From contig NC_045696.1 in NCBI RefSeq assembly GCF_009834535.1, positions 92,568,001-92,632,000 of the forward strand: a stretch of DNA of 64,000 nt. The letters are read 5' to 3'. The notes below the pieces were generated by a model. That model was not told the origin of the DNA. It worked only from the letters and a program-made list of their open reading frames with translations, and did no database searches. The stretch is from Camelus ferus. Taxonomy: Eukaryota. A program made the position numbers and the translations under genes. Shown here piece by piece: positions 12,735 to 23,230 of the stretch. How positions within the stretch are numbered: the first letter of the stretch is position 1; every line of letters begins with the position of its first letter.

Positions 12735-12964
12735 TCTTCACATTTTGCTGATACTGGCTCCAAAGTAGTCTTGTTAGCTGGGATGGTCCTGGAGTGAATA
12801 GGTAACAGTCCTCCAATAACAAGTGAATGGTTTTTGGCATCTACATACCCATTCAAATCAAACTTGCCGACAAGTCTTTCTTCCTCTTCTTTGCCTTCAA
12901 TGCTCAATTCAGCCCATAAAAAACCAAGCAATCCTAGAACCAAGCATTTCTTTCTGCCAACCAT
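12735..12964 (-). pseudogene. VMN2R1: V2R exon 1 (coding part): signal peptide and start of the extracellular domain
   Basis: ATG at 12964; MVGRKKCLVLGLLGFLWAELS is a basic-then-hydrophobic leader; exon ends TGT GAA GA|gtaagc (phase 2, GT at 12734-12733). Confidence 0.9.
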
Positions 12965-13429
12965 TTAATAAGTTTGGGGGAAATGACTAGTGTTAAGTTT
13001 TAACGCGGCACCTTGATACAGTGTTACAGTGAGTGTGTGCATGCCACATCCCAGTGGATTCAGCTTGCCACTACTTGCTACCTGATTGTCATGACTCCAT
13101 CAATCACAGAGCCTCACACTCACCTGCAATTTATGGATCTGCACTAGGAGCAGAGCCTCCTAAAAATCTCTTTTATGCTCAGCAATAATATATAATGACA
13201 TAATAGTGGTGTTTGAATTTAAAATAGAGTCTTTCACTTTGCAGAAATTGTCCCTTTCTTGTTTCTCAGCCTCATTCATTCTCACTTCAGCCAGTCTTGT
13301 GGGAGCTGCTCTTACCCTAAAGATGAGGAAGGGCATTCTGCTTCATCACAAAGCGTAAGAACAGGTGACATCAGGCCAAGCTCTTTCCTTAGGGGTATAG
13401 GAAAATTCAAGTGGAGAATTCATGGGGGA

Positions 13430-13580
13430 TTCGCACTAGAAGACATCATTTTGAATCTGTGTTTTGCCACTTTTATTAGTGTGATGGTGGGAAAGTCTCT
13501 CTGTGCCTCAAGTTCCTCATTAGTGACTAGGATTATAATAAGCTACGCTAGAAAAATTCTCGAAAGCCAGTATGTGTTCA
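13430..13580 (+). mobile_element. MIR SINE
   Basis: ttgaatctgtgttttgccactt...tctctgtgcctcaagttcctcat core. Confidence 0.65.
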
Positions 13581-13869
13581 AGAAACATTTTTCATACATA
13601 TCATTTTCTTTAACCTCCTCTTCAAGGTCAGCTCATTTTCCTGACTTTATCACCAGTTCAGGCACAAATCCCTGGGAATTTCTGGATTCTTCTTTTCTGA
13701 GAATCCTCTCATGTCTTCTTGCTTGGCCCCTCTCAGAGAGACTCCCAATCTCTTTCTCCAGGTCAGTTCACCATGGACTCCCAGCCTCCTTCTTTGTCCC
13801 TCTTCCAACGTCTACCATTCACAAAGTATTTTCAGAATGCAGTCCAGTAATATGTATTAGGAGCATGAA

Positions 13870-14234
13870 AAATGTGTATATCCTTTGATCATGTGATTTT
13901 TCTTCAAAGCACTTATCCCAAGGAAGCAATAGAGATTCACATAAACACGATGTATCAGAATATCAAGTGCAGTGTTAACTATAATAGTAAAAAACTGAAC
14001 AAACTAAACGTACACAATAGGAAACTTCTAAAATCAATTACAATCTATTCACATGATGGAAAACAAAGGAGCCATTAAATCAAGTTTTAGAAAAATGTTT
14101 ATTCACAATGGAAAAATCTCAATACGCTTAATGTGAAAATAACAGAAAACAAACCAGCGTACACAATTGTACTCTTTTAAGTTTATAAAATTTACCAATA
14201 TACTGCAGCTCTCTTTCATACATATATTTCCATT
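13870..14234 (+). mobile_element. Ancient L1ME-type 3' fragment hosting a younger L1
   Basis: tatatcctttgatc, aaaactgaacaaactaaacgtacacaatagg, gatggaaaacaaaggagccattaaa. Confidence 0.55.
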
Positions 14235-14248
14235 AAAAGCACTAGAAG

Positions 14249-14478
14249 GGGGGGTGGAGGGTGGGAAGGGATAGACTGGGATTTCAAAATTGTAGAATAG
14301 ACTACACTGTATATAGCACAGGGAAATATACACAAAATGTTATGATAACTCACAGAGAAAAAAATGTGACAATGAGTGTGCATATGTCCATGAATAACTG
14401 AAAAATTGTGCTGAATACTGGAATTTGACACAACAATGTAAAATGATTATAAATCAATAAAAAATGTTAAAAAAAAGA
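14249..14478 (+). mobile_element. Young, 5'-truncated lineage-specific L1 3' end with perfect 14-bp TSD
   Basis: G-rich start, gtatatagcacagggaaatatac, gtaaaatgattataaatcaataaaaaatgtt plus A-tail; aaaagcactagaag duplicated at 14235-14248 and 14479-14492 at a TT/AAAA site. Confidence 0.9.
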
Positions 14479-14782
14479 AAAAGCACTAGAAGAAACCACT
14501 GCAAACTGAAATCAAAAGAAAAAATCTCTTTACCCACTATTTTAACAAACCAACGATCTTCATGTTTCCATGCTCATTTCCAGCCCAGATTGACACCCAT
14601 GCAGTACTTTTAATTACTTTTTGGTGGTAAATTGTGGGTGATGTTAATTTTTTTCTTTCTACTTTTCTATATTTTCCCACATGTTCTACAATATTCCTGT
14701 ATTTCTTTTGTAAACAGAAAAAAAATGCTACTGTAAGAAAAATCCTGTTTTAAAACACATGCACACTCAACAGTAATCCCCA

Positions 14783-14784
<2 letters not shown>

Positions 14785-14813
<29 letters not shown>
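14785..14813. repeat. (AC)14 microsatellite
   Basis: Perfect AC run. Confidence 0.95.
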
Positions 14814-14816
<3 letters not shown>

Positions 14817-17705
14817 TTACCCCTTAATATCATCAACAGTATCAGTCACCTGGGTCCTACCAAACCTTCCACATAAAAGTCATTTCCTTTACCTCATCCC
14901 CACCGAAGGATTTTCAGCACATGTATTGGTTAAGGGTAATCTCTACCTGACCCTGGGGAATCCCAAAAGATCTCTCATTACCACCTCACTGGTGAAACTG
15001 CAGGCCTGCACCTCCATCCCCCACAGCAGAGTAGACCTTCACAAGTGAGCTAGTGGATGGCACACCCTTGGCCCCTGACTGGGTGATATCTCAGTCTGTC
15101 GAACAGCTGACTAGCCTTAGTTTTCTAAAATGTGCATGATCCACAGGGTCCACCCTCAGACTTTCAAAATGACACAGAAATGACTTAAAGGAAAAAAAAA
15201 AAGGATTTCCAGGAAAATCTCTTCCCAGACAGGCTTCAGAATCTGGCTTCATCCAAACAAAATGGCATTTCGGGTGACAGACCACTCCTCTCCAACAGCC
15301 TGAGAACTTCTCTCAGGAGCAGCAAAGGTTTAGTGCAGGCCTTTCTCAAAACTATTTGGCACTATTCCTCACTTATTTTTGCTCTCCCTTTTTACCAGAA
15401 GGCAGCTGTTTCTAAGCAATTACCCCTCTTGTTGCCAAGGGCTACTCTTGCACAAAGATATGTTTTTACCAAAGCTGTTTTGTCTTAATCCTCTGGGCAA
15501 AAGCTACACTAGACACCCTTAAAAATCATTAAAAATTGATTAAGTTATATTAATAATAACAAAAACTAGCATTTTTATAGCATTTTATATCGTACAAATT
15601 GTTTTCACATGCATTATTCTTCCTCTAGGTCAGGAATTCAATTCAGCATTGAGGCTTCTGATTTGTGTAGCAGCATCTGGTACCCAATGTTATTGTAATT
15701 CCCAGGATGATAGTATACTTCGTCGGGGCCATAATGATTACTTCCTCCCAATGTAGTAGAATTCATCAAAGATGAGGCAGAGAATAGGAAAAACAACACC
15801 CGTGCTCTTATGCAGAGCGTTCTTATTAAATGCACAGTGATGAACGTTCAACATGTCACCTTACCCTCAAAACACCCTACGTGACTGGTTTTCTTTTGTT
15901 CACTTTGCAAATGAGTTCACATGGCTGGTACGTGCTCACACACGGATACCAGAGTCCTTGCCCTTTCTGAGGCTTTGCAGTACAGAGAAAGGACACAGAA
16001 CACGTCCAGGAGGGTGGGCCCTAGATCTAGCTCTTCGCTGTCCAGACCTCTCTCCATCTCTTTGGACTGCCAGTCCCTCAACCCAAAGGACTGACCACCT
16101 TTTTCAGAGTCTATGGACCTAAGGAGTCAGCAATATTCTTTCCAGGATCAATTCAATGATAGCTTAATAAGATGCTGTCAGAGGAAGCAGTAGCAAGTTG
16201 TTTTGTTAATGGTCAAGGTGAGATTGTTTATTAAATAATACTTTGAACCTAATTACCATTTCCACAGGACTCTGACTTCAGGAACCCCCAATGAAGGCAA
16301 AAGGCCTCAGAATGTTGGTACAAATGGCCACGGGTTTTCAGTCCCATGTGTCACACCCCGGCTCCTCGATCTGAGTCCGTGAGCTGTTATGTTTTCAGCA
16401 CCTTCTCCCAGACTTGTTTGATCCTTGCTGTTCTCCCAGGGCCCTGGAGAAGGTCAGGCTCCCTTCCAAGAACAGTAGCACATTCTGCCCAGGCTTGTCT
16501 CTGCCTTCAAGCAAAGGAAAACACCTGAGCCTTTAAAGGTTATGAGAACCATCTTATTAACAAAGGCTAAAAGAGCATTTAAAGGCTGTTGACATGGTTT
16601 CCAGGAAAAGCTCGAAGTATGTATCAACCGTAGGTGAACACTGCTGCATGCTTCCGCAAAGCCCCAGCACGACAGCGACCACAGTGAGCTCTCGGCGGGT
16701 TTCAGCCTCTTCGTCAGGCTGAGCTTGTTAGGTATCACTTGGCTTTTACATTCCCCTCTGTCACTCCCTTACCTTCATAATCATTTAGAATCCTGGGCAA
16801 TCCTCATGCCATAGCACCAGATGAAGGAATACACTAATCTATTTTCTTATTTCCCATGGGGAGCTGTCCTTCTAAACAATCAAGGAATGAACCCAACACC
16901 TAGTTATATGTGTTTAAGTGGATGTTTTTACTTTACAATATGTATACTAGTTTTTTAATGTATCTCTCCAACAGTTAAAGATTATCATCTGTATTGAGTT
17001 TTGTAATATTATGACACTATGGCTCGCTTGTATCTTTCTCTAAGAAGAAAGAAGACTAAAAATAAATCGGTTTTCATACGTGTATTGTTATATGAGGTGC
17101 AAGTTATTGTTGAGAGGCCTTGGAGTGCGTAGGAAGTAGGCTTTTGCCTTTTTTTTTTTAACATGTCAATACTAACCACTTGTTACAAAAGAGCCTCCTG
17201 TACGTCTAACTAGAGAAAGGCCTCAGTTATAGCCAAGGAGAGAGACAAGCACTACAGGCGTAAAACATTTTAAACAGCTGCCCTGCTGAACTGAGAAGGC
17301 ACAGGTTACTATCTCTTCTGCTGTCTCTATTTTCAAGGAAATAATCTGACAGCTTGATTAATCCCCTGCCTCTAAATTAGCTGACTCACTAAGGCATTAA
17401 ACTCAAAATACGGAAATGAAAGCATCCTTTCCCCTTGGATGTATCACCTGTTACACAGGTATAGTGAGCTGCGGCTGTGACAAAAACGGTGACAATAGGT
17501 AAGCAGTTGACTAGGGAAACCATTATCATCACAGTCTTCTAGAGAATAAACATGTTTCTATTAAAATTTAAAATTGAAAAAAAACTGGCTAGTTTTAACT
17601 CTCATTGGAAAAACTTAACATGCCTTCCTGCCTCTACATTAGCCCCTTTCGAATCCATCTCCACACTGAAGGAAATTGACCATGTCAATCCTCAGGCCAT
17701 TAAAA

Positions 17706-19350
17706 AAGTTTTTTTATAGCCTTATTGAGGTATAATTTATATATCATAAAATTCACCTATGTAGAGTGCACAATTCAATAGTTTTTAGCCATAGTTACAG
17801 ACTTGAGCAGCCATCATCACAATCTAATTTTAGAACATTTCCATTATCCCAAAAAGGAATCTCATTTCCCAATCTTCCCTCAACCCAAGCCCTAGGCAAT
17901 CACTCAATCTACTTTCTGTTTCTGTAGATTTGCCTCTTCTGGACAATTCATTTAAATGGAATCATACAATATGTGGTCTTTTGTGTCTGACTTCTTTCAC
18001 AAAGCATAATGTTGGGAGGTTTATTCATATTGTAGCATGTATTAGACTTCATTTTTAAAAGGTTAAGGCATAATTTATACACCATAAAATTCACCCGTTT
18101 ATAATGTATAATTCAATGAGTTTTAGTGTCCTGACAGAGTTGTGCAACCATCACTACAGTTTAATTTTAGATCATTTTCATCATCCCAAAAAGAAACCCA
18201 TACCTATTAGCAGTCACTCTCCACTCCCTGCAGCCATCACCCCTAGCCCTGGACAACCACTAATCTGCTTTTCAGCTGCTAACGATGTCTCTATCCTGGA
18301 CATTTATATAAATGGAATCACAATGTGTTCACATTACTGGCTTCTTTTGGTTAGCATAATGTTTTCAAGGTGTGTCCATGTTTTAACATGTATCAGTACT
18401 TTACTTTTTATTGTTTATTTTTGTTGCCAAATAAAATTCCATTGTATGGATATACCACATTTTATTTGTCCATTTATCAGCTGATGGACATTTGGGTTGT
18501 TTCCATTCTTTGGCTGTTATGAGCAGAACTGCTATGAACGTTATTGTACAAGTCTTTGTGAGAACATACGTTGATTCTCTCGGGTAGATATGTGGAAGTG
18601 GAATTGCTGAGTCCTATGGTAACTATATGCTTAATATCTTGAGAAAGTGCCAAACTCTCTTCTAAAGTGATTGTACCATTTTACAGTTCCACTAGCAATG
18701 TATCATAGTTCCAACATCTCCACATCCTTGCCACTGCTTTTTATTATCACTCCTTTTTTATTCTAGCCATTCTAGTGGATACAAAGTGGTATCCTGTGGT
18801 TTTGATTTGTGTGTCCCTAAAGCTAATAACTCAAAGAAAGCTATATGTGTTCTTTTAGGTATTTTCAAATTATAACTCTTACATTTAGGTTTATGATCCA
18901 TTTTGAGTTGATTTTTGTGTATGATTATAAGAAAAGGCCTAAGTTCATGTTACTGTTTTTTATTGTAAATAACCAACACTTCCTGCACCATTTGTTGAAA
19001 AGACTATTATTCCCTCATTGAATTATCATGGCAACTTTGTCAAAAATCAAGTGACTGTAAATGGGAGGATTTTTATTCCATTGGTCTATATACATTTATC
19101 CTCATGCCAAATTGTGCTATCTTCATTATACTAGTTTTGTATTTGTTTTGAAATCAGGAAATATTAAGTCCTCCAACTTTGTTTTTCTTTTTTAAGATTG
19201 TTTTAATAATTCTGGGTCTTCTCCATTCCCATATGAATTTTGGGATCAGCTCATCAATTTCTGGGGTAGGGAAAGCTGGAATTTTAGTACAATTTGTGTT
19301 GAACCTACTGATCACTTTGGTGAATGTTTCCGTATTAACAATATGAAGTT
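17706..19350 (-). mobile_element. L1MB-type LINE with two tandem 3' ends, inserted into an L2
   Basis: ttattgaggtataattta...aaaattcacc...aatggaatcatacaatatgtggtc occurs twice (from about 17720 and 18065), followed by antisense ORF2-end motifs (gatggacatttgggttgtttcc, caccatttgttgaaaagact). L2 sequence flanks both sides (about 17615-17700 and 19375-19700). Confidence 0.85.
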
Positions 19351-19989
19351 CTTATTCAGAGGACCCAGAGCATTTTCAAGGGCCCCTGCATCTGCCTTAA
19401 GATAAAGTCCATAAACAACAGGCTTTACGAGGTCCCTCTTGATCCAGTCCCTAGTTACCTAATCAGCTTCCTCTTTTGTAGCACCCCCGTCCCACTGCCA
19501 ACTCAAAACACACTTCTAGCCACATAAACCTGCCTTCAGTTCCTAAACACTCAATGCTCTATTTTAGCTCCACGTCCTTCCTCACTCACATGGGCACCAC
19601 CTTCCCTGTGTCAGGAGCTTCCTCCCTTACGTCCCATCACCTGATCGATGTCCTTCCGCATACCTCAGCTTATCTTCCAATTCCCCTGAGACTTGGATCC
19701 TGAGATACACAGCCCCCGCAGTCTGCCTGACTTGCCTTCCTTGTACTTACATAGTGGGCTGCAGGTTATTTGATGGAAAACAGGTCGGTCAAGACTTAAA
19801 ACTGGTTAAAATGCTTTGGTTGAAATGGATACAAAGGGTCCCTATTTTAGGCAGTATTAGAAATTGTGGCAGTTTTACCAGTGTTCATATGTCCTTAAAC
19901 GTTTTTAATCACTTTTCATAAAATTTCAGGATTTTTTTCCCTAGTATTTTCCCCAGACTAGACTACCAGTTTATACCCTTTATACTTTT

Positions 19990-20438
19990 TGTTACTGGCT
20001 GAACGATGGCCCCCTCAAGATGTACATGTCTTAATCCCTAGAACCCAGGAACAGGTTACATTATATAGCAAAAGGGACTTTGCAGGTGTGATTAAGTTAA
20101 GGATCTTCAGAAAGGGAGATTTTTCTGGATTATCCAGGCAGGCTCGGTGATGTAATCACAAGTGTCCTGATAAAGGGAAAAGAGGGGGAGATACATGCTG
20201 AAGAGAAGGCCCTGTGACAAAAGCAGAGGCTGGAATGCCGGCAGCCTCTAGAAGCCGGCAAAGGCAAGGAAATAGATCCCCTACTCAGGGCCCCCAGAAG
20301 GAAACAGCCTCGCTGACATCTTTAGCCCAATGAAATCGGTTTCAGCTTTCTGGTCTCCAGAACTATAAGAGGATAAATCTGTGCTGTTTTAGGCCACTAA
20401 ATGAGTGGTAATCAGTTACAGCAGCAATAGATAATACA
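19990..20438 (+). mobile_element. MLT1D-like MaLR solo LTR
   Basis: TG start; aaagggactttgcaggtgtgattaagttaaggatctt, ctctagaagccggcaaaggcaaggaaa, ccagaactataagaggataaat; ends gttacagcagcaatagataataca. Confidence 0.85.
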
Positions 20439-21199
20439 ATAGGAATGAGTTGGAAATAGCCTAATGTCCAGCAAAAAGGGTTAGTTGGAAACCTAAATGT
20501 CCATGGGATGGAACTGGTTTATATAAGTCCTGATAATGTGGAAGATTAGGTGTGACTTGGTCATTTTTTAAAATGTGCTAAAAGTGCTCTAGAAGGCTAT
20601 CTGTCAAGGTATTAAAGTGTATGGATAATGGGTATTCTTTATGATAATTTTTTATCTGCAGTGAGACTAAGGCTGCATTGTTTTTGTAATAATAAGGGAG
20701 AAAGGCAATAAAATAAACACAAGCAATGAAAGAAACAAGGATATAAAGGGAAAGGATTTAGAAGATTTAAGAGCTTGTTTGGAGTTCTTAATTTTTAATT
20801 TAAATGCATCCAGCTTTTTCTACATTATTTGCTCAGCATTGTTTTCAAGAACTTTTCCATCTTGCAAATGAGTTGAAAATAAGTACTTCTAATCTCCAGT
20901 TCACATTTTTATAGCTTTTATATGTACTAGACATATATTAGAATCTCTGCTACAGAAATGGGTATTTATGTGCCGTAAGATACAGTGTCTGCCTAGAAAT
21001 GACCATTTAGATGGTGCAAATCAACAAAACTGAGTAAAATAATTTAAAATGAGGCTATATGCAATAAAATATTGAGTTATACAGCTTGGATTTTAGAGAA
21101 TAATGAGAGAGTGTTTGGTAAAACCAGACACACAGCTTTGCATGTGCTTATTTATCTACATCAGGATCCCTCAACTATTCATCCAAAACATACCAAGTA

Positions 21200-21390
21200 A
21201 TAACAACAGTAACAGCAGTAGCACGAACAGTAAGTGCTATGTTCCACAGTCTGCCTGTCTCAGCGCTCACCAACCCTTGCAAAAACTATGTAATGTACTA
21301 TTCTACTATTTTTCCATCTTATACATGAAGAACCTGGAGCTCAGAAAAGCTGAGCAATAATCTCAAGGTCACAAAGGTCCTTAGTGGTAT
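21200..21390 (-). mobile_element. MIR SINE
   Basis: ccatcttatacatgaagaacctggagctcaga...caaggtcaca antisense core. Confidence 0.65.
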
Positions 21391-22660
21391 CAGTGAATTT
21401 TTTAGTCAGTGACCTGCCCATGGGAGTACACATATCCAGCTGCCTGTCTTTAAGAACAAAAAATAGGAGGTATTACCAATAGCTCTCCCACTCCACTGGG
21501 GGTTTCCAATGAGGAGAAAAATGTGGCCAGAAATTGCTGGCTGACATCTGCTCAAGGCTCAAGAAATTTCTAGTGCCTAAGGAGTCATGCTGGTCAGTTT
21601 GTTTTTAAGGGAAGTAGGTTACTGCTCAACTTGGCAGAAGTGACTTCTAATAGTAATGTCGTACATCAATGATATAGCAGAATCAGTTTATAATGATTCA
21701 GATGTGCACTAAATGTAACTTTATTTTCCACAACTGTCCTCATCTTGCTCCAGCTTGCTCTGGCTCCATTTCTGCTGATGGTTACACAGGTAGGGTTGGG
21801 ATCATGTTGAGGAGGAACACTTGATTCTGCCAAATAAATGTAATAGCATCTCTTTGCATTTTTAATGCTCTCTTAAGGTAAAGACCCAGTGCATTTCATT
21901 TACTCTCTTTGTTATGGGGGTTTCTGTCCTCTAGGAGTCTCCCTGACCAATTCTCCTTCCTCTTTGTCCAAGGGAACTTCATGACAAGGTGGGGAAGAGC
22001 CTCTGGTCCACGTGGCACCTTCTGGGTCCTTGTGGGCTTCACTCCATTTGGTCATTATTGTGGCTGTCACATGGGCACCCACCAACAAGGTTGCAGACTT
22101 CTAGTCATGCCTCCATTCACGAGGCCCTGCACTCTGCGGCCTCCTTTCTGTAACTCCAGGCTTCTTCTAATCTCTCAGTTCTCTCAGCTTCCATGTTCCT
22201 CTTCACTTCGCACAGTCTGCAAGCACTTGTGACCCTCCAGTGTGTGATGGTAGGCCACAGGGAACAGGGGCGCTATTTTAGGCCCTCCATGGAAACACCT
22301 CTTTCACTTCTGAACTGAACCCACTCAATGGTGCCATGTTGAACAAGATGCCATCACACACCCAGGGTTTCCCTCCACAACTTAGTCTCCCCAGCCTGGA
22401 TACTATTTGACACCCCCAAACCTGTTTAGATGTTTACCCACACCCACCTGTGTTCACGTTTTCCTTTTCTTGGCATAAAAAGCCTCATGGTCTGGCCCTA
22501 ATGGTGCAAGGATGACAGTAAAAAAAATTTTTTTTCAATTACCAAGAGGCAAGTACATTCAGAATTATTTTTTAAATATCCGTTTCTTGTCCTTTCTCCC
22601 TCATTTCACCCCAGAAGCTGCTCCGAGGGCTCCTCCTTGGATAAGCCTTCTCTTACAATC

Positions 22661-22995
22661 TACTATGGACTGAATTGTGTCCCCCACAAATTTGTATGTC
22701 GAAGCCCTTCACCCCAGTGTGAGATTTGGAGATGGGGCCTTTGTGAGGTAACCAGAGATACATGAGGTCATGAGGCGGGGCCTTCATGATGGGATTAGTG
22801 CCTTTAAAAAGAAGAGACGCCAGAGAACTTGATCTCTCTTCCCTTTCTCGTGAGGACACAGCAAGAAGAGGGTCCTCACCAGAACCCAACCACGCTGGTA
22901 CCCTGACCTTGGACTTCCAGCCGCCAGAACTGTGAGAAACAAATATCTGTCACTTAGGCCAAAAAAAAAAAAAATCCATTTCTTTACAACAGCAG
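22661..22995 (+). mobile_element. MLT1A-like MaLR solo LTR
   Basis: tatggactgaattgtgtcccccc, tttggagatggggccttt, gatgggattagtgccttta, ggacttccagccgccagaactgtgaga. Confidence 0.85.
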
Positions 22996-23009
22996 TGATT
23001 AAGTGTGAG

Positions 23010-23230
23010 GCTCTGTCTCCAGGATTTGGAAGCCTGGCTCTACGACCCACCAACTGCACAACCTTGGGCAAGTCATTTGACTGTTCTCTATTTCAGCTTC
23101 CTCATAAGTAAAGTCATACACAATAGTACCAAGCTTGTTATGAGGAGTAAGCATGACTGTGAAATAGCAGATATAGCACTTAACACAGTCACTGGCACAC
23201 AACGAAGGACCCAGCTAACATTAGAAATGA
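23010..23230 (+). mobile_element. MIR SINE
   Basis: accttgggcaagtcatttgac...cagcttcctcat...gcacttaacacagtcactggcacac. Confidence 0.75.

Larger units (their letters stand above)
596..12964 (-). pseudogene. VMN2R1: Vomeronasal type-2 receptor 1 (family C V2R / V2R2 orthologue), unprocessed pseudogene, exons 1-4; 3' exons lie beyond the left edge
   Basis: Four collinear GT-AG exons whose spliced translation follows Vmn2r1 (GYVDAKNHSLVIGGL.PIHSR, FNFRGFRW, GGSSL..ASRILGL, HFGWVW.G.IAADDDYGKYG, TWIASEAWITSALIAKPEYFPYFGG, IEFWQTAFNCTWPNSS, LMYY..DDNGD..YDILNW). Disabled by two TAG stops and a 1-bp frameshift. Confidence 0.93.

Noticed and set aside
13259..13888. 209-aa ORF divergent from the V2R gene
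   Set aside because: Non-ATG start, runs through a MIR and into L1 sequence, Ser/Phe-rich with no recognisable domain.
15638..15835. 65-aa ORF in unique sequence near the V2R promoter
   Set aside because: No recognisable homology or splice context; such lengths are common by chance.
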